From NCBI GenBank assembly GCA_951406725.2, contig OX597829.1, positions 52,638,001 through 52,702,000 on the forward strand: a stretch of DNA of 64,000 nt, in the 5' to 3' direction. The stretch's first letter is position 1. The number at the start of each line of letters is the position of its first letter. Source of the stretch: Octopus vulgaris (taxonomy: Eukaryota). Below are positions 40,774 to 53,509 of this stretch, one piece after another. The position numbers and the translations under genes are program-made. The notes under the pieces were generated by a model. That model ran no database searches. It was not told the origin of the DNA and worked only from the letters and a program-made list of their open reading frames with translations.

Positions 40774-42369
40774 AGTCTGAAGTTTTTTTTATTATTTATT
40801 ATTATTTTCTTTCAGCAGAGACGCAAACATTGATATGTTAGTTGTTCTTTGAGTAACTGCAATTAGTGACAACCAGATTAATTTACAAAGCAGAAAGTTA
40901 GGAATAATATTCATCAGTTTACATTGGATATTCTCACTGGATTTTATGCCCAATAAAACTTGGTTTTGAATTATTATATGTTATACATGAGGTAACTTAA
41001 AACACAGAATTCAGTCTAAATACTTTCTGTTGCACCTGCCCAGACATCATTGAGAGTGGGTGGGAACTTATTATAAATGGAGACTAATATAGATAATTCT
41101 TATTCAGCGAACCCCAAAGAAAGATACTGTATCCCCCATTCCACTAGATCTACCTACCCTTCCTTTACCACTGTTATCCTTGTATCTTAAATCCTTCTAC
41201 ACCCTTCACATATTAGATTTAATCTTTAGAGATCTGTTATATCTAACCATCATCATCATCATCATCATCATTTGACATCCACTTTCCATGCTGGTATGGG
41301 TTGGACGGTTTGACAGGAGCTGGTTAGGCACAAGACTGAACCAGGCTTTGATATCTATTTTGGCATAGATTTTACAGCTGGATGCCCTTCCTAACACCAA
41401 CCTCTTTACAGAGTAGACTGTATGTGCTCTAAAATTGAAAAAACATTTAGTTTAGAATAAAACAGATTTTCTTCCTTTAGCTAAAATGGAGTCGGTAATG
41501 ACGGGAGAACTCTGACTGATGCTGCAGCATGGTCATGTTCTACTTGGTGGAATGCATAAATGATTAAACTCTTTAAAGTGCTAGTATGGTTTTGTAGCAA
41601 GGGGCTTGCTCCCAACAATGTGGCCTTGAGTTCAGTTACGCTGTACAGAACTTTGGGCAACTGTCTTCTTTAGCCCCAGACCAATCAAAGCCTTGTCAGT
41701 GAACTGGGTGGACAGAAGCTAAAAGAAGCCTATTGTGTTTGTGTGTTAAGGTGCATGGCTTCATGGTTAGGGATTTGGTTCATGGCCATAAGGTTGAGAG
41801 TTTGATTTCTGGCAGTGTGTTGTGTCCTTGAGCAAGAAACTCTTTTTTTTTCACATTGCTCCAGTCTACTCTGCTAGCAGACATGAGTTGTACTTGTAAT
41901 TTGAAGGTCCACCCTTGTTACATTCTGTGTTATGCTGAACCTCCCTGAGAATTATGTTAAAGTTACTCTTGTCTCTGGTGTGCTCAGCCACTTACATGTT
42001 CTCTTGACTAGAATGACTGGAACCCTTGTCATTACAAATGACTCAGAACTTGTGCATGTGTGTGTGTGTCCCCTTGTCAAGACATTATGTGATAGCTGTA
42101 AATAAGCATTTATGCCGTACAAGTTAGGTTGTTAGCTTCCAGTGTTCTGTGAAAACATGTCTGGCCATAAGGAAGTATTACCTTTGCTTGGAAGCAAGTA
42201 ATGGTTGGCAACTGGAAAGGTATATGACTGTAGAAAACTCTACCTCAGCAAATTCCACCTGACCCATGGCAAGCATGGAAAAGGGACATTAAAACGATGA
42301 TGATGAATGAGTAGGTAAATGTCCATAATATTTCATTAACCTCATAATCTGGAGAAATGTCATAAATTA

Positions 42370-43328
42370 CGAGGTGGTATCAAAAGTTTCCTGGACTAGT
42401 TATGCTTAATAAAAAAAAAAACTTATTTACCAAAGTTTTAACATCAACTTCCCTTTGAAATAGTCACCTTGCACAGCAATATACTGGTCCCAGCATTCCT
42501 GCCACTTTTGGAATCTGGCCTGGAAGTCGTTTTCTGTGAGTCGAGGACTTTTTGCAATTCACTCTGGATCTTGACAACGATGTTAAAACAGCAACCTTTG
42601 AGCTGTATTTTCATCTTGGGGTAAGACATGGAAGCCTGCAGGTACTAAATAATCAATGCCATGTAATACCATGTTGTTCTTTGGTAAGAAACTCATGAGT
42701 GAGGAGAGCTTGGTGACAGGGTGCATTGTCATCATGAAGGATCCAGTTCTTTGTGTTCCACAGATTAGGTTGCTTTTGCTGAATGCCCTCCTTCAAATGC
42801 TTCAAAACATTGCAGTAGAATTCTCAATTGATGATCTGACCCGGGGGGTGGGGGGTGGAATTCTCAATGTATAATACCACATTTTCGGAGGTGATGCTTG
42901 TGGCAGGTCTTCCAGAGGTGTTCTTCTGTTTTTGAAGTGCCTGTGCCACTCAAAACACTGCATACAACCCATTGCCTCATTGCCATAAGCTTGCTGAAAC
43001 ATGCTCACTGTCTCAAATGCTCAGTGTCTCAATTGCTCAGTGTCTCAAATGCTCACTGTCTCAATTGCTCAATGTCTCAAATGCTCAGTGTCTCAAATTT
43101 AATAAAAAATTTCACAGCGCTTTGTTCTTGTTCATGACAAAATTGCAGACTACAGTAAACATGTCATCACAAAAACACAAATTTCACAACTGTGTGGTCA
43201 TACAGCAATGTCACCTGGTGCACTACTTCATGAAGATCTCTGCTAGCTCTCATTGCACATGCAACCGTGACCTGCCATCTGTTGGTGTGCTAACAAAACT
43301 TGTCTCAGAACTTTTTGATACCACCTCA
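42370..43328 (-). mobile_element. Internally deleted mariner element with transposase pseudogene
   Basis: TA|CGAGGTGGTATCAAAAGTT...AACTTTTTGATACCACCTCA|TA TIRs. Minus-strand remnants: MFQQAYGNEAM...CFEWHRHFKNRRTPLED (HTH), LHDDNAPCH (catalytic region), PKMKIQLKGCCF...IQSELQKVLD and YFKG (C-terminus). Confidence 0.9.
43002..43097. repeat. 16-bp tandem repeat, 6 units, inside the mariner transposase N-terminus
   Basis: TGCTCA(C/G/A)TGTCTCAA(A/T) repeated six times. Confidence 0.95.
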
Positions 43329-44099
43329 TATACAGATACTGATTTTTATAAACTATGAAATGAACCATGTTCATTCTTGCCCCTTCACCCCACACACATA
43401 CATACTTTCCTTTCTTTTGAAGTTTCCAATATAATCTTCAATTAAACTCAATTAAATCTATTTTGTGTGCTTATTTTTACCTCCCTGTATACTTATTCTT
43501 GCTGTGTTTTAGCATCTTGCCCTTTACTTTTTTTTTAATTGGACTCCCCTTCTTAGAACATCATTTAACATATGAGTTGTGTGTGTGTATGTATGTGTGT
43601 GTGTGTGTGTGTGCGTGCGTGCGTATGTGGTAGTGGTTGCAAGTACAGTTTCTTCTTCCTGACCAAACAAATAGTGGGTTGGGTTTGGGGGAGAAGGTGT
43701 TAATGGGTGCTGATTATTAAAAATATTATTTTAGATCAAGTTAAGAGATGTACTACTTCTCTCAAAATTCTTAACGAATTTGATTGGTATTGGTGCTGAT
43801 TGCTGGTGGTGTAGAGAGAATGGTTGGTAGTCTTATGAAGTGGAAGTATAATTACTAATGCTTCAAGAGTTTACATTTTGCAAACTAGCACACTTATGTT
43901 TGTTTGTTTTTGTTTTCTTTAAAGTATACTATATTGCATCTTTAAGCAATATAATCCTTTCTACTTTAGGCACAAGACTTGATTTGGGGGGAGAGGGAGG
44001 CTACTTGATTTCAATGACCCCAATATTCAACTGGTACTTATTTCATCAACTCCAAAAGGATGAAAGGCCAAGTCAACCCTGGTGTAATTTGGAGTCAAA

Positions 44100-44330
44100 A
44101 AGTATGCTTTTATTAAAACTAAAAACCTTCACAGACAGTTACTCATGTTACCATTTATCGAACAGTTGCCGTCACAACTGTCCAGTGAACAGTAACCTGA
44201 AACTCTGAGTAACAGTCTTGTTAAAATTCTGCAGCTTTAATAAAAGCATATTACTCTACTTTTGGTATTCAAGTACTATTTTTTCCCACTTTATTTTGCA
44301 GTTATGTACTTACTTGTGTGTGTGTGAGTT
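44100..44330 (+). mobile_element. Degenerate second copy of the Penelope-like/hammerhead repeat
   Basis: AACTGT-CCAGTGA-ACAGTAACCT-GAAA-CTCTGAG-TA-ACAGT is followed by sequence matching the reverse complement of ~13150-13240. The catalytic core has decayed, and a diverged inverted arm lies upstream. Confidence 0.6.
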
Positions 44331-45039
44331 TTTACATGTGAATATATATAGAGACTTGTTTGATACTGCATTTAAATGCCTCCATGCAGCTCAGCCAACA
44401 TGGGAAAATGGATGTGTGTGTGTATTCATCTATTAAGGCAGCGAGCTGGCAGAAATGTTAGCGCACCGGGCAAAATGCTAGCGGTATTTTGTCTGCCGTT
44501 ACATTCTGAGTCCAAATTCCACCGAGGTTGACTTTGCCTTTCATCCTTCTGGGGTCGATAAATTAAGTACCAGTTACGCGCTGGGATCGATGTAATGGAC
44601 TTATTCCCCTTGTTTGTCCCTCTATGTTCAGCCCCTTGTGGGCAATAAAGAAATGTGTGTGTGTGTGCATTCACCTATTATGTGCTCATGTTAGTGACTT
44701 ATTACTCATTGGATATGTTAATTACACAGAAAATGTTGTTTGGTTAAATTTGAGCTAGAATTTTTTGTTTTTGCATGTGTATGCTTTGCACATGTCCAGC
44801 ACTGTTAAATATGCGCTAAAATCTTCTGACGTCATCATACTTCAAATATTCTGAGAATATACTAATTTAATTGTATATTAGAAACACAAAGGGTTATTTT
44901 AACAATGTTGAAAAATCTGAATAATGTTGAAGAAATCAATAATAACTATACATAAAGTAGAGCACCAACTGTATACTGCTTAAAGAGAATCACATACAAG
45001 AGCATAGTAATTCTTTAGGGAAAAAGAACTAGAATAGTT

Positions 45040-45710
45040 TCAGCAACACCCAGTTTTGTTTTCCAGAATAAATTGCCTGATATAATTACTACAACATACA
45101 ACCATGTCCCAGAGAAGATATTTTGGAAGTTAAGAGTTGACTGTGTGTATCTCGATTACACCAAAGTTGATCATGATATTTTATGGCACAGGAGTGGCTA
45201 CGTGGTAAGCAGCTTGCTTACCAACCACATGGTTCCAGGTTCAGCCCCACTGCATGGCACCTTGGGCAAGTGTCTTCTACTATAGCCTCCGACTGACCAA
45301 AGCCTTGTGAGTGGATTTGGTAGATGGAAACTGAAAGAAGCTTGTCATGTGTGTGTTCTCCATCATCACTTGACAACCGATGCTGATGTGCTTATGTCCC
45401 CCTAACTTAGCAGTTTGGAAAAATAAACTGATGAAATAAGTACTAGACTTATAAAGAATAAACTCTGGGGTTAATTTGTTTGACTAAAGGAGGTGCTCCA
45501 GCATGGCTGCAGTCAAATGACTGAAACAACTATAAGAATAAAGGAATAAAAGAATAATAAAGCAGGAATGATGGGTACTTGACTATTTGGCCTTCTTCAA
45601 AACTGAAGTTAAATGACAGCTGCCAGAGGCAACTAAAATGCCTGCTTGTTTTTAGTGGAGTACCACAAGTACCGTTCTTAGAACTCTTTTGATCTAATGA
45701 TCAATATCAT
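45040..45710 (+). pseudogene. CR1/L2-type LINE RT fragment interrupted by a family A SINE (45186-45553)
   Basis: VDCVYLDYTKVDHDIL (cf. YLDF.KAFD.V.H) precedes the SINE, and SGVPQ...TVL (cf. SGVPQGSVLGP) follows it at ~45655. Confidence 0.6.
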
Positions 45711-45726
45711 CATTTAATATCTATTT

Positions 45727-46249
45727 TCCTTCATTGGACACTAAACTCTGCTTGCGAAGAACTGTTGAGGCAGGTGAAATCGAAATCAAATTCGATGACA
45801 GCACCACATGACTGGCATCCATGCTATTGGAGTACTAAGAGCACCATCCAGAGCAGTTGAATGGCTTCCATTCCGGTGGCATGTAAAAAGCACCATTCAT
45901 GCGTGATCGTTACCAACGTCACCTTACTGGCACTTGTGCCAATGGCACGTGAAAAGAACATTGGAGCATTGCCAGTGCCGCTGGAGTGGTTCCTGTGCAG
46001 GTGGCACGTAAAAAACACCATTTGAGCTTGGCAGTTGCCAGTACCGCCTGACTGGCCCTCGTGCCGGTGGCATGTAAAAGCACCCACTACACTCTGTAAA
46101 GTGGTTGGCGTTAGGAAGGGCATCCAGGTGTTGAAACTCTGCCAGATGAGACTGGAGCCTGGTGCAGCCATCTGGTTCGCCAGTCCTCAGTCAAATCGGC
46201 CAACCCATGCCAGCATGGAAAGTGGACGTTAAACAATGATGATGATGAT
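45727..46249 (+). mobile_element. Family C retroposon with internal repeats and (GAT)n tail
   Basis: Repeated GTGGCA(C/T)GTAAAA modules, then GGTTGGCGTTAGGAAGGGCATCC...CCAACCCATGCCAGCATGGAAAGTGGACGTTAAAC(GAT)n. Other copies at ~2243-2402, 5130-5528, 10053-10255, 13450-13775 and 29200-29382 (+), and 11897-12045, 41247-41420, 52801-52925, 59328-59555 and 62706-62965 (-). Confidence 0.8.
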
Positions 46250-46398
46250 GTATATATATATATATGCAAAAGAAAACTGAACAGACAGAATGTAATGTAT
46301 GCATTAGTATATTGTATGTTGATTATATGTACACGTATATGTATTTGCGTATGTGTATATAGTTACTGTCTAGCAACAAGAAATGATGTAAATTACCA

Positions 46399-46441
<43 letters not shown>

Positions 46442-49400
46442 CATGTTTGTTAAGGGAAGGGTTTCTAAATTAACAAAAACGAATTGCTTCTGCAATTCCA
46501 GGTCTGTTTTTGTGCTTTATTCCTGTAGGATTACATTGTTATTAACAAAATGTCTTTCTCCCTAATTTACTTTCATGTATATTTTTACACTGGTGTTATT
46601 TTATGTTTGTGGCTTACCAGATGAATGCTTTTATGAATTCATTTAACAAGTGCGATTGAGTTGAAGTTCAGCTTCTAATTCTGGATTTACTGGTTATATT
46701 TCATTCTTTGAACTTTGTGACATTTATTAACAAACATGCAGATAAAAAGATACTGTCGAACATTAGTTGAACTGTATATTCTCCTGTAAAATAAATTTGT
46801 GTTCTATGTGTGTTTAGGTGATAACAGCTTAGATAAAGAAACAATATTGCCCTAAAAATCAGGCATATTTAGTTATAAAGATAGCAAAGAACTTTTATTT
46901 GGGGTTTTTATTTATTTATTTATTCCATGTTAAAAGTGGGATTCCTTTAGGTGTGAATGTTTTATTTTCATAAGTCAGATGAGAAAGGTGCAGTACTCAT
47001 GACCTTTACAAATCCTGTCAGATTAACAGGATTAATGTTGTTGATGTTCATCTTGAATGCCTGCATATTGGTGTTTGTAGTAGTTCAAACGGGAGAAGTT
47101 AGGGTGCTAAAGAGAGCTACAGACCTAGGAAAGAAGGGATGATTGGGTAAAGTATTTAGTGGTAGACAAGATAGTTGTGTGCAAAGTGGAAAGTTAGGTA
47201 GATAGAGTTATTGGAGTTAGATAGAGGGAATATGCTGCAATCTAGTTGAGAGGGGCAAAGACTGTTAAAAAGGACAAAATGAGGCATCCACTGAGTGGAA
47301 CATTAGGATGAAAAATTATATAATTTGTGTGGGGACATACACTGAAATGGTGAGGAGGAGGAAAGAAATGGGTTTAAAAGTATATGTAATATTTAAAATA
47401 AGTGAATACATGGATGATACAGTCGTTCTGATACAGGAGAAGAGTATCCTCCATCTTGGGCCAATCAAGGAGCCCAAGAAGTCCAAGAGCACCATGATCA
47501 CCGAGGACTTGAACCTTCACCCAACTGTTGTTTCTCGAATCTGCTGTTGCATACTTAGAGTAGTTCTACTTACTCTAACCATTCTTATTTCAATCAATCA
47601 TTTTTTTGCAAATTCGCTGGAAGAGAATACATCTCTCTACATTTCTATTTTTCATTCTTTGATTTAATTAACTTCAAAAAAGGGCAGGTCTGGCTGTGAG
47701 GCCACAGGCATGGCTATGTGAATGAAGTCCACTTTCCAACCCCATGGCTTCAGGTTCATTCTCACTGCAGGGCATCTTGAGCAAACATCTGTTATAGACC
47801 CAGGTTGACCAAAGTCTTATGACTAGATTTGGTCGACAAAAACGTAAAGAAACCTATCACGTAATTACGTTTATATACATGTGTGTGCATGTGAGTGTGT
47901 CTTAACATCATACAATGGATATAAATGAATGTTACAATCATACAAGAAGTGTCTCTTATTTCTGACCTTCCATGAAAAACATGTCTGGCCACGGGGAAAT
48001 ATTTCCTTGCTTGGAAACAGGTGAGGGTTGGTGACAGGAAGGACATCCAGGCTGTAGGAAATCTGCCACAACTAATCTTGTCTGATCTAACGATTGCATG
48101 AGAAAATGGACATTAAAGCGATTATATTGAAGGAAGCACTTCTGTAGTCAATTTTAAGCAGTAAATTTATAAATGATACAGTGGGATTATAAGTGTATGG
48201 TATGCCATATTATGTTCCTCTAGTTGTAGATAAGATTCATTATGTAGGTGACATTTGTTTATGGACTTGAAAGCTGGCAACAGAATTATGTTTAAGCTGG
48301 GAATTATGACACACCACACCATACACTACTTCATTGAAAAATAATAGATAAGATTGATGATAATGACTTTTAAAGTATTTTAGATAGAATATTTATAGTA
48401 AGCTCAGGGAGAAGAATACAGACACACCGACAGACGCTGAAATACACAGATGGATGGTCAGACAGAGAGATGTAGTTTATTTTAGATTGATCCATTGGGC
48501 TGTTGCAGTAAAGTCTCTCCTATCTTATTGTTGGATCCTGAGGCAGGAATAGACAGTCTTTACCCATATGAAGAAGATCTGACAGTACAGCTTTTCTGTT
48601 GTGGTATTGAGTACTTTTTCTCTTGCTAACACCAATTCACACACACTACACATACACAAGTGTGTGCGTGTCCGTGTCCCATGGTGGTTTGTTGACAAAT
48701 TTTTCTGCTTTGTAATATTTTCTGTTGTTCTAATGGTGTTTCTCTTTTCAAAAAATAAACAAAACATATTTGTTCTGTACAATACACATTTTTTGACACT
48801 TACAAAATAACAAAAGTTAGTTTGTTTATATTCATACACACACACACGTCCAGCTAAAACCCCTCAAGGAGGTGCTCCAGTATGGCCACAGTTCAAAAAC
48901 TGAAGCAAATACAAGATAAAAAAAAAAAAAATATATATATATATATGTATGTATGTATGTTATGTTACATGCAGTACATGTGTATGATGTATATGTATGT
49001 CTGTGTGTATATTACTTTTGTTATTCCTTACAAACTAACTCGGAAAATATATAACTTACAGAAAGTTAACATTTCACAATTGCTTCAACAGATCTATGAT
49101 TTTTAGACGTGACTTTCCTGATATTTTTGCTTAATTCACACTACATCATATAGTAAATGCTTCCTCTTTTCTAGACAGTAACACGCGATCTGGCTAAGAT
49201 TTGGTTGTTATTTTCAGCAGATAGAATGACGACATTTATCTTTCTCTCTCTCTCTCTCTCTCACACACTTGTTGCTATTTGTGGTAATATGTAGAAAGTA
49301 ACTAAATCTTTGTTATTCATACCTTCCGGTACCAACCTGCCTGAGGCCATCCTTGGTTCCGTGGCACAAACTTCCAACTTCGAGTGATCTAACCATTGAG

Positions 49401-51022
49401 TTTCCGTTAAAATTTCATGTTAATTTATGTTTCCAACACTACTTTAAATAATGGTGAAAGCAGAGTATTTTGACCTTTAGCATTTAAACCAGACATGCCT
49501 AACTCAAATATTCTACCTGTTTCGTGTTCATACTGGCCAGATGTGGCCCCTCAAGCTTTCACATTTCTCTTAGGACTATGTTGCCCAAAGTGTTCTTTCT
49601 TTTCTGAAGCAGTAAAGAAGAAAATGACTGCTATTTCTAGCAGATCGAGTAATAACCATGTAGTAATACCCTCATTGAGTTGAGGATGATGATGATAGTG
49701 GTGGTGGTGGTGGTGTGGATGTCATTACATATTCACAAATCAATTTGAAAATTTTTGATTAGGAACTTAAAATAGGAGAGATTGAATGAGAGGTGGTGAG
49801 AGTGAGGTAAATTTATGGGAATATTTTCAACTTAAACACCGAGATCAATATTTAAATATTTGAAATTAGTGATGTTGTCCTGATGTATGGATTTTCATTT
49901 TCATTCTTTTTTATTTATTTTAATTAATTAGGTTGATTAAAGCTGTAGATTTCTCTTTAGCCTGAATGATAAAGACAAGTTCAATGACACTATAGTTCTA
50001 AATTTCAGTTTTAAACTAGGCCAATTCTAGATTAGTATGAGGTGGGTATCGCGAAAGGCCTGGTTGGAGGCCCGACCTTCCAAGTTCTTCTACAGGGCTT
50101 GTGAATCTGAGAGGAGAATATGTTGAATAAAATCAGAATTAACTGGACCTCTTATGTTTTCTTTTACCCCAAACCAAGAACTTTTCAGCACCCCTTTGTG
50201 TATTGATTTATGAAAAAAATGTTAGGGGTACAAATTAAGCCTGTTCTTGAAGATGACATTTTTCTGTAAAACTCTAGACAATCCCGTTGTTTTATCTTTT
50301 ATCTTCATTTGTTTCGGCCACTAGACTGTGGCCATGCTGGGGCACTGCTTAGAATGATTTAATCTCATAAATTGACACCAATACTTTTTCCCCTTAGCTC
50401 AGTTGTTATTCTATTGGTGCCTTTTTTTAATTTTTGCCAGACTGCTAAGTAACAGAGACGTAAACAAACCAACACTGGTTGTCAAATGGTGGTGGGTGAC
50501 AAACATAAAAATAGGCACACACACACAAGGACACATGCATATACATATGATAGGCTTCTTTCAGTTTCTGTCAACCAAATCCTGTCTTTAGTCAGCCCAA
50601 AGCTACAGTAGAAGACACTTGCAGTGGGACTCATCTTTAAATTTTTTATATTTTCTTTCCCATGTTGACACAGTTTGGACAGGATTTCTTCAGGCAGTAT
50701 TCTGTGGCCAGGTGCCTTTCCTGTTGCCATCGGTCTTCACACTTTGAAACCCATGAAATTGCCAAACTATGATGCCCTATTGTTTACAGAAAATACAAAC
50801 GTCATCTTTTTCAGTGTAAATCTCTCTCTCACACACACCTACCTTATGATATTCTGTATCACTCATTCCCATCCAACAAATGCATTCACATTGAAGTTAG
50901 ATAACTTTTACTTTTGTGCAGTTGTTGTTTAGCCCTAGGCTTGTTTCTGTTGAGTAGATCTATAATGAAGTGTATTCTAACCATTGCCATGTTGTCTTTT
51001 AGTATATCAGTCCTTGATATTT

Positions 51023-51065
51023 ATTGTACAATGTCATCCTTGATTCAAGGATGACATTGTACAAT
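51023..51065. repeat. Perfect palindrome, 21-bp arms with 1-nt spacer
   Basis: ATTGTACAATGTCATCCTTGA-T-TCAAGGATGACATTGTACAAT. Confidence 0.95.
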
Positions 51066-53178
51066 GTCAAACACCCACACCTCCTCCTACCATCACCACC
51101 ACCACCACCACCTCTGTCTGTCTGTCTGTTTCTCTCACAAACAAAAGAAAGGTTAAGATATGATTTTTAGCACATTAAGCTTTTACTCAGAGACTTTTTC
51201 ATTAGCTTCTGTTCTCTTTCCCTTTGGTTCGGTTGTTTTCGTTCTGTGTCTGATATCTCAAATAATTATGTGTCAGTCACATGCTCTGCTGAAAACACTT
51301 TTCTAAAGCCTCCAAGATGAGTGCAGGCAGAGAAGGAAGATGGACCGGAAACCCATCAGCTGTCCTTAAACTACATGGTTGCCTGTCCTGGCTACTTACA
51401 ACCCCTGCAAAAGACACAGGTGTTAAACAGGGTGGTGGATTCAATCAACCACCCCAAGAACAGCCCATCCAATGAGTTTCCACATGATGTCTATCCTATT
51501 TCAATTCTCATAAAACTTGGGGGTCCATGTGAAATTATGCTACAATAGAAGAAACTTGCCCAAGGTGTTGTTGTTTAGTGGGAATGAACATAGAGCTACA
51601 TGACTGCAAAATAAATTTCTTAACTACACTGCCATGCTTTTGCAAATTTTGTTTATCCATGTTCACCAAGCAGTATTTGGGGGTGCATTTGTGTGTGTGT
51701 GTTTATGTTATTAAAATTTTGCTTTCTTACCCAGCTAGTTGGATATCTGTTGATCAAACTAAGTTATGTGGAAAATGAAATTAGTTACATGAAAAAACAA
51801 TACTATACAAATGCTCTCTCTCTCTCTCTCTCATACACACACACATACACTAAGTTACATAGCAACACAAATTCTGTTGCAAGTAGTGGGAAAAAAACAA
51901 AAGGAAGAAAAAACATTTAAACACAACAATCTATACAAAAACAACTTTCTCTTTATTATTTAATATAATATTGGGTCAGATAGTTGTGTAAAGAACTAGG
52001 AGTGGAATGTACAACAAATGTAGCTTTACATATCAATAATGGATTATTTTGTTGTTTTTTTTTTAATTATTTCTTCCAGGTTAAGTTGTATTAATTTCTC
52101 AGGTCAGACATGTTTCATGTATTGAGTTTAAGTGGAAGTAAAGTAAAGAAAGGCAATGATTTGGAATTAGAGATAGAATTATATATTGGCTTCAGATATT
52201 GGCACAAGACCAGGATTTTCAGGAGAGTGAGCAAAGTTGACTACATTGACCTTCAATGCTTAATAAGAACACTTAATTTTTTGATCGCTGAAAGGATGAA
52301 AGGGTAAAGTCAACCTTGGCGGAATTTGAACTCAGAATGTTAAAATGGATGAAATGCCACCAAGCATTAAGCCTGGCATGCAAATGATTCACCATCTTAA
52401 TAAGAGTATATATTGCTTACCAGAATGCAGATGGTGTGTCCTGATCCTGTAGACACCATACAATCTTGTTTAGGAGTGATAAGTACCTGATAAAACTATC
52501 AATAATCTGCATTGGCCCAAAACTGTTTATTTGATGAAGAATCCTGCCTGATGTGTCAGTCCACTTATCCTCAAGGAGCATGAACTTATTTTAACAAATT
52601 CTTGGAGTATTGGTAATTAAGAGTGGTTTTCGTTTCAGGCACATAACATTTTAGAGTTTAATGATATTACTATACAGTAAATCTTGGTGGAACAAACTTG
52701 TGGCTAAAAGAATTATCAAAAGCCTCATATTTAGAATAAAAAGCAGAAAAGCATAAATTTCATGTGTATTTCATAATTTGATTGTGCTCAACAAGTGTTT
52801 CATCATCGACTAATGTCCGTTTTCCATGCTGGTATGGGTTGGACGGTTTGAGGTCTGTAGAGCCAGCGGCTGCACCAGGCTCCAATCTGGTCTGGCAGAG
52901 TCTCTACCGTTAGATGCCTTTCCTGTGATATAAAATATGATATAATTCATCATCATCATTATTTAATGTTTATGTTACATGTAATTAATTAATTGAAGTT
53001 AATTTAAAAGTGATGTGTTGCCCATATTCTTTTGGCGGAATATTTCTCAAGTAAAATTCATAGTTCTTTGGTAAATCTTATGTGTAATATAAAGTGTCTA
53101 AAATTAAATTTATTGAATATCTCAAGTCAGTACAAGCTAGAAGTAGCCATTTACTAGATTTGATTTACTTATAAAGTA

Positions 53179-53221
<43 letters not shown>

Positions 53222-53359
53222 AAGAAAATAAAAAAAAAGAGCAATAATTGTCTTTATGTGTGTTTTATGGGAAGCAAAAGAAGTAAATTTTATTTATATG
53301 TGAAATATATGTTTGTTTGCATACATTGATTCTATTGTTTGTTTGTTTTTCTTTTCCAG

Positions 53360-53509
53360 ATATAACTAGAATTAAAAAGGTTACACCTCTTTATGGTCAA
53401 CCTTCCTGGTGGGGAGAACCAGACATAGTTGAGAATGACCCAGTGGATTCTTCAAACAGCTCTCAAAACCAAAAGAAGAAATGCAATGATAGTGAAACAT
53501 CTGACAAAC
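53360..53509 (+). CDS. CEP170: Internal coding exon of a CEP170/CEP170B-like centrosomal protein
   Basis: Polypyrimidine acceptor ...GTTTGTTTTTCTTTTCCAG| ends at 53359 and donor |GTAATT starts at 53510. The exon is 150 nt, phase 1-1 and open: (D)ITRIKKVTPLYGQPSWWGEPDIVENDPVDSSNSSQNQKKKCNDSETSDK. TPLYGQPSWWG is recalled as the conserved motif after the FHA domain of CEP170-family proteins; no search was run. Confidence 0.85.

Noticed and set aside
47308-47667. 119-aa ORF with ITEDLNLH (GDFN-like endonuclease motif)
   Set aside because: Possibly a decayed LINE fragment, but too weak to call without alignment.
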